Below are positions 23,014 to 31,881 of a stretch of DNA of 33,004 bases, one piece after another; position 1 is the stretch's first letter, and each line of letters starts with the position of its first letter. The notes under the pieces are model-generated. The model did not search any database, was not told where the DNA came from, and saw only the letters and a list, made by a program, of their open reading frames with translations. A program made the position numbers and the translations under genes. Origin of the DNA: an uncultured archaeon (GTDB lineage: Archaea > Aenigmatarchaeota > Aenigmatarchaeia > CG10238-14 > SCSR01); assembly GCA_964366355.1 (NCBI GenBank), contig CAYITO010000004.1, positions 1 to 33,004 on the forward strand, in the 5' to 3' direction.

Positions 23014-25368
23014 ATGAAAGGCCTAGCTATAGGTGCAGTAGTGATGCTCGTTCTAGCAGTTATAGTTCTGTTAGTTCTTGTGCCTAGGATGTTTCAAGCA
23101 GTGGGCATAGGAGATGCATTTGATCCCTTGGGTGTTAAAAAAAAGTTGGCATCAATAGAAATTGGCAATAACTTAGAAAAGGCAATTGCATGTGCGAAAG
23201 TAAGATGTTTCGAAGGATGCGGAAAAGCTAAGAGCATAAAATGGGAAGGAGGCACTTGTGCAGAATTTTGCGATCCCAACAAACTTAAAGAATACGGGCT
23301 TAAGGATGATAGTAAAGTTTGTGATGAAATTTCACGCGCCTATCCAGTGGAGTTTAGAACACCAGAAACTGGGGGCAGTGCGACAATACAAGCAGAGGAT
23401 TTAAGCGATATTTTTAGCTGTGTGGCAACTGCAACCGACAAATGTGGTACTGGCGGTTATGCTAGAGAAAAAGTCGGAGGCAAACCAGTTTTATACATAG
23501 ACAATTCTGCCATCGAATCAAAAGACACCGCTGGCGTTGGTGCCCTTCCATTTGGCCGTGAATGCCAAGAAAAATTCGATGTATGGAAGTATTCAGCAGA
23601 TGTAGCGGTACTAGCTGTACCAGGGACCGCATACTTCAAAGTGTTGAAAACTGGTGGTGTTCTTGTAAAATCAGTAAAAACAGCCACAAATGCCAAACTT
23701 GTTGGAGGAACTGCTGCAGGTCTCTTGACTGTAAGTGAATTTACGCAACTTGAAACAATTAGATCCGCTAATTTGAAACCCGCCCAAACAATTTATATAT
23801 GGGCTGATGACAGAGGGTTTGGAAAGATTAGTGGCCCCGGCGATATTTTCAAAAATATTGGAACCTTCTTTAAAGGAATGTACGAAACTGTAGGTAGCTT
23901 TAGACTTCCAGGCGGGACCACAGATCATGTTATGGTATGCGGCAAACTTCCCGAGGCACGATGTAAAGGAACACCTCTAGCATGTAACGCCCCCATTAGG
24001 TTGGAGTCAAACAAATGTGATTTAGGATGCGGCCTATCTAGTGAAATATCAGAATCTCTGGATGGTTGGTCTGGCGATACCGGCCTTCAAATAACAACCG
24101 ATAGCACTAACAAAAAATTAGGAACTAGTTCAATTAAAATAAGAGGCGAGTTATCAATCATCAGCAACAAATACGGCGTATTGAATAAATTCGTTGAATA
24201 TAAATTCAATGCACCAGCAGACTTAACTAAAGGTATAGCATTTTATACTAAATCGAGTTCTATTAGTAACAATATCGCTGTAATTCAGCTTACCGACAAT
24301 TCAGGCAATGAAGCAAGTACTAAAAAAACCCTTACCATAAGGAATGACTGGCAATACAATACCCCCAATAAAGATGATTTTCAATTGCATTCGCAATCTT
24401 TTGACTGGAGTAAAGTTGAAAAAATAAAATTTGAAGTTGGTAGTGATGGACCACCGTTTGAATTTTTATGGATAGATGGGCTTCAATTGCTCCAAAATGC
24501 CTGTACAGGACAGCCCCAATCCTGCAATAAATTTACTAGCAAGGGTACTTGTTTGTCGCAGCCAGGTTGTTGCTGGAGTTCAGATTGCGGGGATCTTAAT
24601 GTAAAATTAGGCGTCTCAAAGAACGATGAAAGATTTAAGAAATTTGAACAAGCAATAAGCGATGCAGGTGGAAAGCTTAATGCCGTGCTTATTTGGGGGT
24701 CCGATACACTTGATATTACAGATGATGTAAATGAAAATATTGTAAAATTGTTTAATTCACCGCGTTTAGCTGGCCTCGACAGTTGGGCGGATTACCAAGT
24801 ATGCAAGTATAAAAACAAACAGAATAACGATATTGTAATCCTTCCAGGCACGTGTACCCTTGAATTGCGAGGAGCCAATCAACCTTCCTATTGTGCTGGC
24901 AAAGAGGGCTTCAAACACTATCCGTTCAGATGCGGCTGTCCGAAAGATTATGGAGTAGCGGTAGGCGGCGGGCTTCTGGATGATTCATGCAAACCATTTG
25001 ATAAGAACAACATTGTTCAAACTATCATCCATCTGGATGCTGATAGAGTTGTTGGCGAAATAAAGGGCGAAGTTATTTATGACGAAACCGTTAAGGCAGA
25101 CGGCAACGACTTTAAGCTAGTTGTAGTTGCTTTGTTGGATAAAGATTTCGTAGTTATTAACGGCATTAAGGAAGATGAGATAAAGTTTGAGACCGACCGG
25201 CCAGAGTTTGATGCACTAGACGATATAGCATGTCAGGAAGATGGCGGTGTACTCTATTACACATGCAGAGTTGCTATAAGTTCTACTAAAGCTGGCACAT
25301 CAACTGTCAAATTCAACTATAAAGGTGTTGAAAGAGGATTGATACAGGTAACTTTTCTAGAATCATAA
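23014..25368 (+). CDS. Large multidomain pilin-like adhesin (Cys-rich domain, Gly/Ala-rich segment, CBM-like jelly roll)
   Basis: MKG|LAIGAVVMLVLAVIVLL; the DGW...K.G.SSIK...DL..I.FY.K...LTD..G...WQ...FDWSKV..I.F...WID.LQL pattern is galactose-binding-like. Confidence 0.8.
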   Translation: MKGLAIGAVVMLVLAVIVLLVLVPRMFQAVGIGDAFDPLGVKKKLASIEIGNNLEKAIACAKVRCFEGCGKAKSIKWEGGTCAEFCDPNKLKEYGLKDDSKVCDEISRAYPVEFRTPETGGSATIQAEDLSDIFSCVATATDKCGTGGYAREKVGGKPVLYIDNSAIESKDTAGVGALPFGRECQEKFDVWKYSADVAVLAVPGTAYFKVLKTGGVLVKSVKTATNAKLVGGTAAGLLTVSEFTQLETIRSANLKPAQTIYIWADDRGFGKISGPGDIFKNIGTFFKGMYETVGSFRLPGGTTDHVMVCGKLPEARCKGTPLACNAPIRLESNKCDLGCGLSSEISESLDGWSGDTGLQITTDSTNKKLGTSSIKIRGELSIISNKYGVLNKFVEYKFNAPADLTKGIAFYTKSSSISNNIAVIQLTDNSGNEASTKKTLTIRNDWQYNTPNKDDFQLHSQSFDWSKVEKIKFEVGSDGPPFEFLWIDGLQLLQNACTGQPQSCNKFTSKGTCLSQPGCCWSSDCGDLNVKLGVSKNDERFKKFEQAISDAGGKLNAVLIWGSDTLDITDDVNENIVKLFNSPRLAGLDSWADYQVCKYKNKQNNDIVILPGTCTLELRGANQPSYCAGKEGFKHYPFRCGCPKDYGVAVGGGLLDDSCKPFDKNNIVQTIIHLDADRVVGEIKGEVIYDETVKADGNDFKLVVVALLDKDFVVINGIKEDEIKFETDRPEFDALDDIACQEDGGVLYYTCRVAISSTKAGTSTVKFNYKGVERGLIQVTFLES

Positions 25369-25430
25369 GTTGGCAATTTCTTGGTAATTAGCTTTATATT
25401 CTACCCAATAGAAATTAGATTTAAGAGATT

Positions 25431-25901
25431 ATGAGAAAAGGGGTAGCCGTACCATACGTAATTGCAATCCTTCTAGGAATAGTTGTGATTGCCATAATAG
25501 GGTTTACTTTCTTCACATCAACTACAAGTATATCAGTACAAGACTGCCGGAACAAGTTGAGCACTTATTGTAGTTTGTGGAGTGCTACTGGTTATACCGG
25601 CAAGCCTTCTGGGGAATGGGATGATTTTGCGAAGGGATGTTCACAATTAGGTGTTGCAGATCCCAGCGAACCAGATTGTAGAGCCCGCATTGGAACTTTA
25701 CTAGGAGTGGGGGCAACATGTGAAAATAATGCAGAATGTCAGTCTAAAGTTTGTGAACCAAATTGTGTACCAACTTGCCCTACAGGTTTTGCATCTAGAG
25801 CAACTCCAACATGTACAAACGCAAGATGTAGTGTAACTTGTCTCAAAGCAGGCGAGGCAGATCAAACTGCAACCTGTTCTACACCCAAGAAGTGTAAATA
25901 A
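25431..25901 (+). CDS. Pilin-like protein, 4-Cys core plus Cys-rich tail
   Basis: MRKG|VAVPYVIAILLGIVV; CRNKLSTYCSLW; 14 Cys in total. Confidence 0.85.
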   Translation: MRKGVAVPYVIAILLGIVVIAIIGFTFFTSTTSISVQDCRNKLSTYCSLWSATGYTGKPSGEWDDFAKGCSQLGVADPSEPDCRARIGTLLGVGATCENNAECQSKVCEPNCVPTCPTGFASRATPTCTNARCSVTCLKAGEADQTATCSTPKKCK

Positions 25902-25939
25902 TTTTCTTTAAATTAATGTAAAAGCAAAATAATTAATTA

Positions 25940-26320
25940 ATGTCAAAAGGCGTGGCTGTCAGCTACATAATCGCAATAGTTTTGGGCATAGTAATTTTGG
26001 CATTGCTCGGGTTTTGGTTTAATAAAGAAGGTACTCTCTTTGGAAGTATTGCAGACCAGGAAACTTGTAAGGCAAAACTAATAGCATATTGCACTTCTTG
26101 GTCAACAAGCGGATATGATGATAATAAAAAGCCTGGTGAGAACGAAGATTTTTATGCTATACACAAGGATTGCGAGCCACATAAAAAATTACTTACTGGT
26201 GGTAAAACCGGTAACGACATCGAAACTAAATGTAAAGAGCTTCTTAGACAAACTAGCCAACCACCCACAGCACAACCTCGGCCCACATCTACTTCTCCAC
26301 AACGTCCTCCAGCACGCTAA
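25940..26320 (+). CDS. Pilin-like protein, 4-Cys core plus Pro/Thr/Ser/Gln tail
   Basis: MSKG|VAVSYIIAIVLGIVI; CKAKLIAYCTSW. Confidence 0.85.
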   Translation: MSKGVAVSYIIAIVLGIVILALLGFWFNKEGTLFGSIADQETCKAKLIAYCTSWSTSGYDDNKKPGENEDFYAIHKDCEPHKKLLTGGKTGNDIETKCKELLRQTSQPPTAQPRPTSTSPQRPPAR

Positions 26321-26377
26321 ATTAAAAAACCAACAGCGAATAAGAAGAATATTATAGAGGGAAGTTAAGATTAAATT

Positions 26378-26671
26378 ATGAAAGCAATCGCAGTAAATAC
26401 TATTTTTATAATCATAACCACACTTATGTTTTTCTTTTTTGCAATCGTGCTTACCTTTGGTTTCATCGATTTTTTTGGAACGGAAGCTACACAGATGGGT
26501 TGCGGTGTCAAGCTGTTAAATTACTGCACTTTTTGGGCTGTCAAAGATTTCGCAGAAGGCGACAAGCCGTATGAATGGGAGGAAAAATCACCAGAAGGAT
26601 GCGATAAGTTCCTCAAGGGCGTAGGCGCTAAAGGACCGTCAAAAGCCCAATGCAATCCAATAGTAAAATAA
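26378..26671 (+). CDS. Pilin-like protein, 4-Cys core only
   Basis: MKA|IAVNTIFIII; CGVKLLNYCTFW. Confidence 0.82.
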   Translation: MKAIAVNTIFIIITTLMFFFFAIVLTFGFIDFFGTEATQMGCGVKLLNYCTFWAVKDFAEGDKPYEWEEKSPEGCDKFLKGVGAKGPSKAQCNPIVK

Positions 26672-26691
26672 TAGAAAGGTAAATATTAACT

Positions 26692-27084
26692 ATGACACTC
26701 AGCGCTGTCGATGTTCTATTGTTTATTGCATATTTCGCCATTGCTGTATGGTTTGGCACAATGCTGTTCCCTAAAATAATAGAGGATGTACAGCAAAGTA
26801 TAGCGAGAACGTCTACACATGCCGTCGCTTTAGAATTATCTGGGTTAACCTCTTTAACTGGCGCAGCTACAGAAGATATAAAAATTGATTATGATATACA
26901 GGATGAAGTAGTGCATGAGGTGACTGTAAAAGGGAAGCTTATTAATGTAATCAGAGTTGACAATACTAAACAAAATTTCCTATACTCACTCCCATTTAAG
27001 TTTGCAATTGACGATACAGCAGTCGGAGCAAATTTCCGAATTTTTAAGCTGAATGATGAATATGGGATAGAGAAGATTGGATGA
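26692..27084 (+). CDS. Single-pass pilin-like protein without a basic leader
   Basis: N-terminal hydrophobic helix, then an amphipathic helix and beta-rich region; ATGA-coupled to the next gene. Confidence 0.65.
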   Translation: MTLSAVDVLLFIAYFAIAVWFGTMLFPKIIEDVQQSIARTSTHAVALELSGLTSLTGAATEDIKIDYDIQDEVVHEVTVKGKLINVIRVDNTKQNFLYSLPFKFAIDDTAVGANFRIFKLNDEYGIEKIG

Positions 27085-27611
27085 GAAGCAAAGGACAGCT
27101 TTCAAACATTTTTGTAAGACACTTTTTCTTTATGCTTGCGGTTGCACTTTTCTTTTTCCTGCTATTTTTATATTGGGGGGCTCAGATAAATGCCGAGGAA
27201 GTTCTAAATGAAAACGAAATTTTAATATCCAGAAAGATTGTGTATGCAAAAGTGCTTTTGAGTTCTTATATGCTGGCATATGAAGATGAAAATGGCGTAC
27301 ATGCTGGTATGTTAGATGAAAACAAAATAAAAAATTTGGACGAGGATAGACTGTTTGAAACTTATAGCTATCAAGCCGATGACATAGAAGTTAACGCCCC
27401 TGGAGGCGGCAGATTTATCCCCAAAAGCTATGCCCACCTAGTTAGGATCGAAGTGTTAGAACCGAAGACCGAAATTCTAAAAGAAGTCAAGCAGGTAAGA
27501 TACGGAGTTGGATTTGCCAATCCGATAGAATTTCCCCTAACAATTAGGGATGAACAAGGTAATGTAAAATTGGGCAGGATACTTGTTAACATAGTTCCGG
27601 TGGAGAGATGA
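27081..27611 (+). CDS. Minor pilin-like protein
   Basis: MRSKG|QLSNIF..FFFMLAVALFFFLL; ATGA overlaps on both sides. Confidence 0.75.
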   Translation: MRSKGQLSNIFVRHFFFMLAVALFFFLLFLYWGAQINAEEVLNENEILISRKIVYAKVLLSSYMLAYEDENGVHAGMLDENKIKNLDEDRLFETYSYQADDIEVNAPGGGRFIPKSYAHLVRIEVLEPKTEILKEVKQVRYGVGFANPIEFPLTIRDEQGNVKLGRILVNIVPVER

Positions 27612-28051
27612 AAGGCATACTTGATTTACCTATTTTGATCATTCTGCTAATTGTATTCATCCCATTTTTACTTGTAGGACCAGAGATCCTAAGGATTAAC
27701 ATACAAACCCAATACGCAATTAATTATAAGACTCTCATTGCTAAAGATACATTGCTTTCTATATTGTCAGTTACAAACCCCGATTTCCTAAACGATAACA
27801 AGCCAAAACTCACGTTGGAAATCATAGGAGAAAGGCTTTCGATAGCTGGCCAGAAGGTGGAATTTTTGATAAGTGATTTAGACAAGCTTGTGAAAAGCAA
27901 ATGCTACCTGTTAGAAAGCGGAAATGTTAAGCTTGCCGATAAAAGTTGTTCTGATCTTAAGGATCAAAAGTATCAAACGAATCCAGTCAAAATTGTTTTG
28001 CCTTTCCATCCAAAAAAACTTGTTGAAAATATTAGGCTGGCGATTAAATGA
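27608..28051 (+). CDS. Minor pilin-like protein
   Basis: MKG|ILDLPILIILLIVF; ATGA overlaps. Confidence 0.75.
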   Translation: MKGILDLPILIILLIVFIPFLLVGPEILRINIQTQYAINYKTLIAKDTLLSILSVTNPDFLNDNKPKLTLEIIGERLSIAGQKVEFLISDLDKLVKSKCYLLESGNVKLADKSCSDLKDQKYQTNPVKIVLPFHPKKLVENIRLAIK

Positions 28052-29172
28052 GAAAAGGTCTATCTATCGTGCATTTCATTATTTTCATACTTATTTTCCT
28101 TTACGCAGGCATTGGATTTATTTACATCTCTTCGTTTAGAGAAATCGAAACCATTCGAAAAGGCGTTGGTGAAATGCTTATAGCTGATGGCATAGATGAC
28201 ATGGAACTTTTAAGGAGAAATTTACAGCAAGCACTAAGCTATTCCTACTATCAATCATCGTTTGAAATTGCGAAGAATGGTGGCAATTCTGAAGCATCAG
28301 TAAAATGGAGATATTACGGTGATACATCAGGCTTTCCAACAGACTTTATAAAAATCTTGACTTCCAGAACACTTGAAATGCTAAACCAATATAGCCATCA
28401 GTTGACTGGCGGAAGAATTACAACAGTAGATTATACACAGGTTGATGTAGAAAGAGATGACAAGGAAGATAAAGAGCATATAAGCGCCTTTTCTAAGGAT
28501 GAGAAAAACAACGATAAGAAACTCAAAATAGTCGGAGGTTTGCTTGGTATTAAATATGAATTAGAAAACAAGGCAAATGTTTTTGCCAAGCTTCCTACTA
28601 AGACTTTAACTTTGTTTGGAATAGGTAAAGAAAATTTTGTGTCAATTGATAAAACAAAAGAAAAAATAATTGAAGCAATAACCGCAATCGGGTTTAAATC
28701 CAACTATAATGAAAATTTACAAACAACAACTGGAAGTATGGAACTATGCGGTATACAACCTACACAAGAGCAAGTTTTTAAAAACGAAAATGGTTTTGAA
28801 ATTTCAGAAGGCGAAAATCAAATTTTAGAGAATACAGATTCAAAATTAAATTCCTTAGGTGAAGAGCTAAGTACATCTACAGTTTCAACTAGATTATCTG
28901 TGGTTGATAAAAAAAGTAAGATAATCCCAACATGCACACCCAGTACAGGAGGATGTTGTGAACGATCTGAAAGTGGTTGTGTTAAAGAGTTTAAAATAAC
29001 AACATGCACATTCAAATATGTTGGTGCAGCCAAGGTTAAAGTTTCCATTTCAGATATAGCAAACAAATATCCAGTTTACGATTCCACACTTGATAAAAAC
29101 ATCATGAGCAATATCCAGTTAAACTTTAATGTGGTTTCTGGGAATGATTATAACCAAAAATTAATTCAATAA
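28048..29172 (+). CDS. Large minor pilin-like protein
   Basis: MRKG|LSIVHFIIFILIFLY; long helix ending in IAKNGG; Cys cluster near the C-terminus. Confidence 0.75.
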   Translation: MRKGLSIVHFIIFILIFLYAGIGFIYISSFREIETIRKGVGEMLIADGIDDMELLRRNLQQALSYSYYQSSFEIAKNGGNSEASVKWRYYGDTSGFPTDFIKILTSRTLEMLNQYSHQLTGGRITTVDYTQVDVERDDKEDKEHISAFSKDEKNNDKKLKIVGGLLGIKYELENKANVFAKLPTKTLTLFGIGKENFVSIDKTKEKIIEAITAIGFKSNYNENLQTTTGSMELCGIQPTQEQVFKNENGFEISEGENQILENTDSKLNSLGEELSTSTVSTRLSVVDKKSKIIPTCTPSTGGCCERSESGCVKEFKITTCTFKYVGAAKVKVSISDIANKYPVYDSTLDKNIMSNIQLNFNVVSGNDYNQKLIQ

Positions 29173-29191
29173 GTCCTCGTTGACTAAACAC

Positions 29192-31468
29192 CTATTGTGG
29201 AGCAGGGAATTTACATATGTCATTCGCGCCCCAAACTCCCCAATCCGCACCGTTGCTTGATATCTGACAAGCAATATCAATATTTCTATCTATCTCGTCA
29301 ATTCTTTGAACACATCTAGCATATCTATCCATATCAGCATCTTTAACCCAGCAATTACGTAATTTACAATATCTGATTCCTTGGGTTGTAGTAGCCCATT
29401 CCAGACAACTTCCAAGGGACCCACCATCTGTTTCGAAGAGACCTACACAGTCCCCACCAATTTTCTCCGCATGCGCAATTACATTAATTTGAAATAGCCC
29501 ATGAGAATACACAGTTCCATCTTTGCATCTATCAGTTCCACTCGGTTTGAGTGGATCGCCACCGCTTTCTTTATTGCAAATAGCTGACGCTTTAGGCGCA
29601 TTACTACCAAAACATGTATCCTTCAACTTATCTATAGTACAGCCACCACTAATATCGCGAGGACATTCAGATGTGGAGCCAAGTGGCTGTTCCCCTTCCT
29701 CAACTTTACCAATAGTCTCTGTACTCATAGGTATGTTAGCTTTTACAAATGTTGCCACATAATTATATTCCACCTCAGCCTTGAATTGGTATGCCCTAAA
29801 TTCAATTATGCCTTCAGTGTCAACTTTTTCTTGACTGCGCAATGACGGCGGAAAGTCATTTATCTGATACCTGCAAATATAAGTATGCTCTTTTAGTATC
29901 CTTGGAGCTAAATCTTCCACCTTTTTAATACTACCAAGTGTACCCTCCTCATCTTTGAATAGAATATTTTTAGCACTTGGCCCTAAAGACTCTAAAAAGC
30001 AATTGCCACCTAGAAACGGCAATATACCTTTAACTAGGTTTGTATATTCTTTTGGGAAAGTTCCTTCTGGAGTTTTAAAAGGAAATATCTTTACAGATTT
30101 TACCTCTATCTTGGCATCCTTCTCGTCCTTGTTTATCAGCCTAACTTTTACATCTTTCACATTGTGGATACAATACCCACCTGTTGAGCTGAATAAAGTT
30201 TCAGGTAATTTTTCGCATAGACCCCCACTATCTACAAAGTAACCATCGCCACCTTCACTCTCATCTCCGACTGTATAGAATGGAGGTATGACTACAACAT
30301 CCAAAGGTCCTGAAAAGGTATTGGGACAGTTATTGTTTTTGAAATTGGGATCTTGCTGCTTTGCCACAGCATCTTTGCTATCTTTGAAAATCAGCAGAGT
30401 GCCGATTCCAACGCCTTTCTTATCCTCCTTGTCGTATCTTATCTTGGCTTCAATATTCACCTCAGCTTTTATACCAGATTTGAATTCAATTTTTTTTGTG
30501 GTAATCAAGTCCACAGTTTTCTCGCCACTGGGTCCGGGCTCTATCAAGCAGCCATTAGGAGGCAAACAGCCCAAAGGAGTTAATAAATTAAATGCTATCG
30601 GCTTTTTGATATCCTTAATTTTCTTATCCGTTTCCCCTTTTATAAAGGAGCCTTCGGCATCTAAATTTATAATTTCATTCCCATCTTCAGTCTTTTCACT
30701 ATCCAGTGATTTACCTGGAGCAATTATAACATTCAAGGGCTTCTTGACATTCTCATCCAGCTTAATCTTAACAGTTAACTTATAGAACTCCCCTCTCAGT
30801 GGCCATGCAGGAGCTTGTATGCCGACAGAAATAGGCTTACCGCTTTCAATGACATTCCCCTCTTCATCAAGCTTTCTGTATTTGACATTGCCCTGCTCAT
30901 CCGTACCACACGCTATTTCTTCTTTTGTCTTTTCCTTTTCCCCTGGCACATCTATCTTTGGCAGAAAACTTACCTGCTCTGCTATAGAGTTCCATCCTGA
31001 AATGAATTGTTTTACTTGCGGTATTGCCAAAAGCGATTCTACACCCGCTGTTATAAGAGGTTTTACAATAAAAATTGGAATAAAGATTGTGAAAAGGTAG
31101 AATATTATGAGCTCAACGATAGCACGGCCCATTGGCGGTGGATGTAAGAAATATGGCGGCTGGGGTTCTGAATAGTTACTAGCTCTCAACCAGCCAAAAA
31201 GAAAGAACATTATCATTGGCAACCATCTGAAGAGAAGCTCGCCAAAACCTGGTAAAGGAAGTGCCTTTCCAAGCTCTCCCAATAAGTCTAAAAGGTTGTC
31301 TAACTGAAATGTCCAAACTATTGTAGGAATTACTGCAAATAAAATAAGAAAAATGATAAAACGCGGATTGCCAATTTTACTACCAAGACCTTTTCCTTTT
31401 CCTTTTGGCGGTGTTACACCACCTGGGGCTCCCACTGGATATCCTGGTTGGCCTGGTCTTAATTGCAT
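29192..31468 (-). CDS. Membrane-anchored surface protein with beta-rich ectodomain and C-terminal SLT/lysozyme-like domain
   Basis: Pro/Gly N-tail and about 3 TM helices; C-terminal ASAICNKESGGDP...SHGLFQIN...NIDIACQIS..G.DW..W. Confidence 0.82.
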   Translation of the reverse strand: MQLRPGQPGYPVGAPGGVTPPKGKGKGLGSKIGNPRFIIFLILFAVIPTIVWTFQLDNLLDLLGELGKALPLPGFGELLFRWLPMIMFFLFGWLRASNYSEPQPPYFLHPPPMGRAIVELIIFYLFTIFIPIFIVKPLITAGVESLLAIPQVKQFISGWNSIAEQVSFLPKIDVPGEKEKTKEEIACGTDEQGNVKYRKLDEEGNVIESGKPISVGIQAPAWPLRGEFYKLTVKIKLDENVKKPLNVIIAPGKSLDSEKTEDGNEIINLDAEGSFIKGETDKKIKDIKKPIAFNLLTPLGCLPPNGCLIEPGPSGEKTVDLITTKKIEFKSGIKAEVNIEAKIRYDKEDKKGVGIGTLLIFKDSKDAVAKQQDPNFKNNNCPNTFSGPLDVVVIPPFYTVGDESEGGDGYFVDSGGLCEKLPETLFSSTGGYCIHNVKDVKVRLINKDEKDAKIEVKSVKIFPFKTPEGTFPKEYTNLVKGILPFLGGNCFLESLGPSAKNILFKDEEGTLGSIKKVEDLAPRILKEHTYICRYQINDFPPSLRSQEKVDTEGIIEFRAYQFKAEVEYNYVATFVKANIPMSTETIGKVEEGEQPLGSTSECPRDISGGCTIDKLKDTCFGSNAPKASAICNKESGGDPLKPSGTDRCKDGTVYSHGLFQINVIAHAEKIGGDCVGLFETDGGSLGSCLEWATTTQGIRYCKLRNCWVKDADMDRYARCVQRIDEIDRNIDIACQISSNGADWGVWGANDICKFPAPQ

Positions 31469-31585
31469 TAGCACTGTTATCTAAAATACAATTTGTGATT
31501 CTAGAAATATTAACCTAAAGCTTTTAAATATTACCCTATAATTAACAGTAGGTTGTTCAAAACTACAGCAACAGGAGGTTTAGAA

Positions 31586-31873
31586 ATGCCAGAAAATCAA
31601 GTAAAAGCAGGAGACAATGTCGTCTTGATAGGAAAGAAACCACCAATGGCTTACGTCCTCGCGACAATAACTCAATTCAGCAACGGACATAATGAAGTCC
31701 ACATAAAAGCTCGGGGAAGAGCTATAAGCACGGCGGTGGACGTGGCAGAAATCGTCAGAAGAAGATTCCTAAAAGACGCACAAATAAGAGACATCAACAT
31801 CGGAACAGAAGAAATAACTTCAGATAAAGGAAAGCTAAACGTTTCCACAATTGCAATAGTTCTTGGGAAGTAA
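31586..31873 (+). CDS. albA: DNA/RNA-binding protein Alba
   Basis: [39 protein letters not shown]; GGAGG at 31574-31578 supports ATG 31586. Confidence 0.97.
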   Translation: MPENQVKAGDNVVLIGKKPPMAYVLATITQFSNGHNEVHIKARGRAISTAVDVAEIVRRRFLKDAQIRDINIGTEEITSDKGKLNVSTIAIVLGK

Positions 31874-31881
31874 TTTCCTAG

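Noticed and set aside
6906-31468. Conjugative T4SS or integrated element (VirB11 plus VirB1-like SLT)
   Set aside because: No VirB4, coupling protein, relaxase, integrase or flanking att repeats are visible; the ATPase is paired with a TadB/C-type platform and class III pilins.
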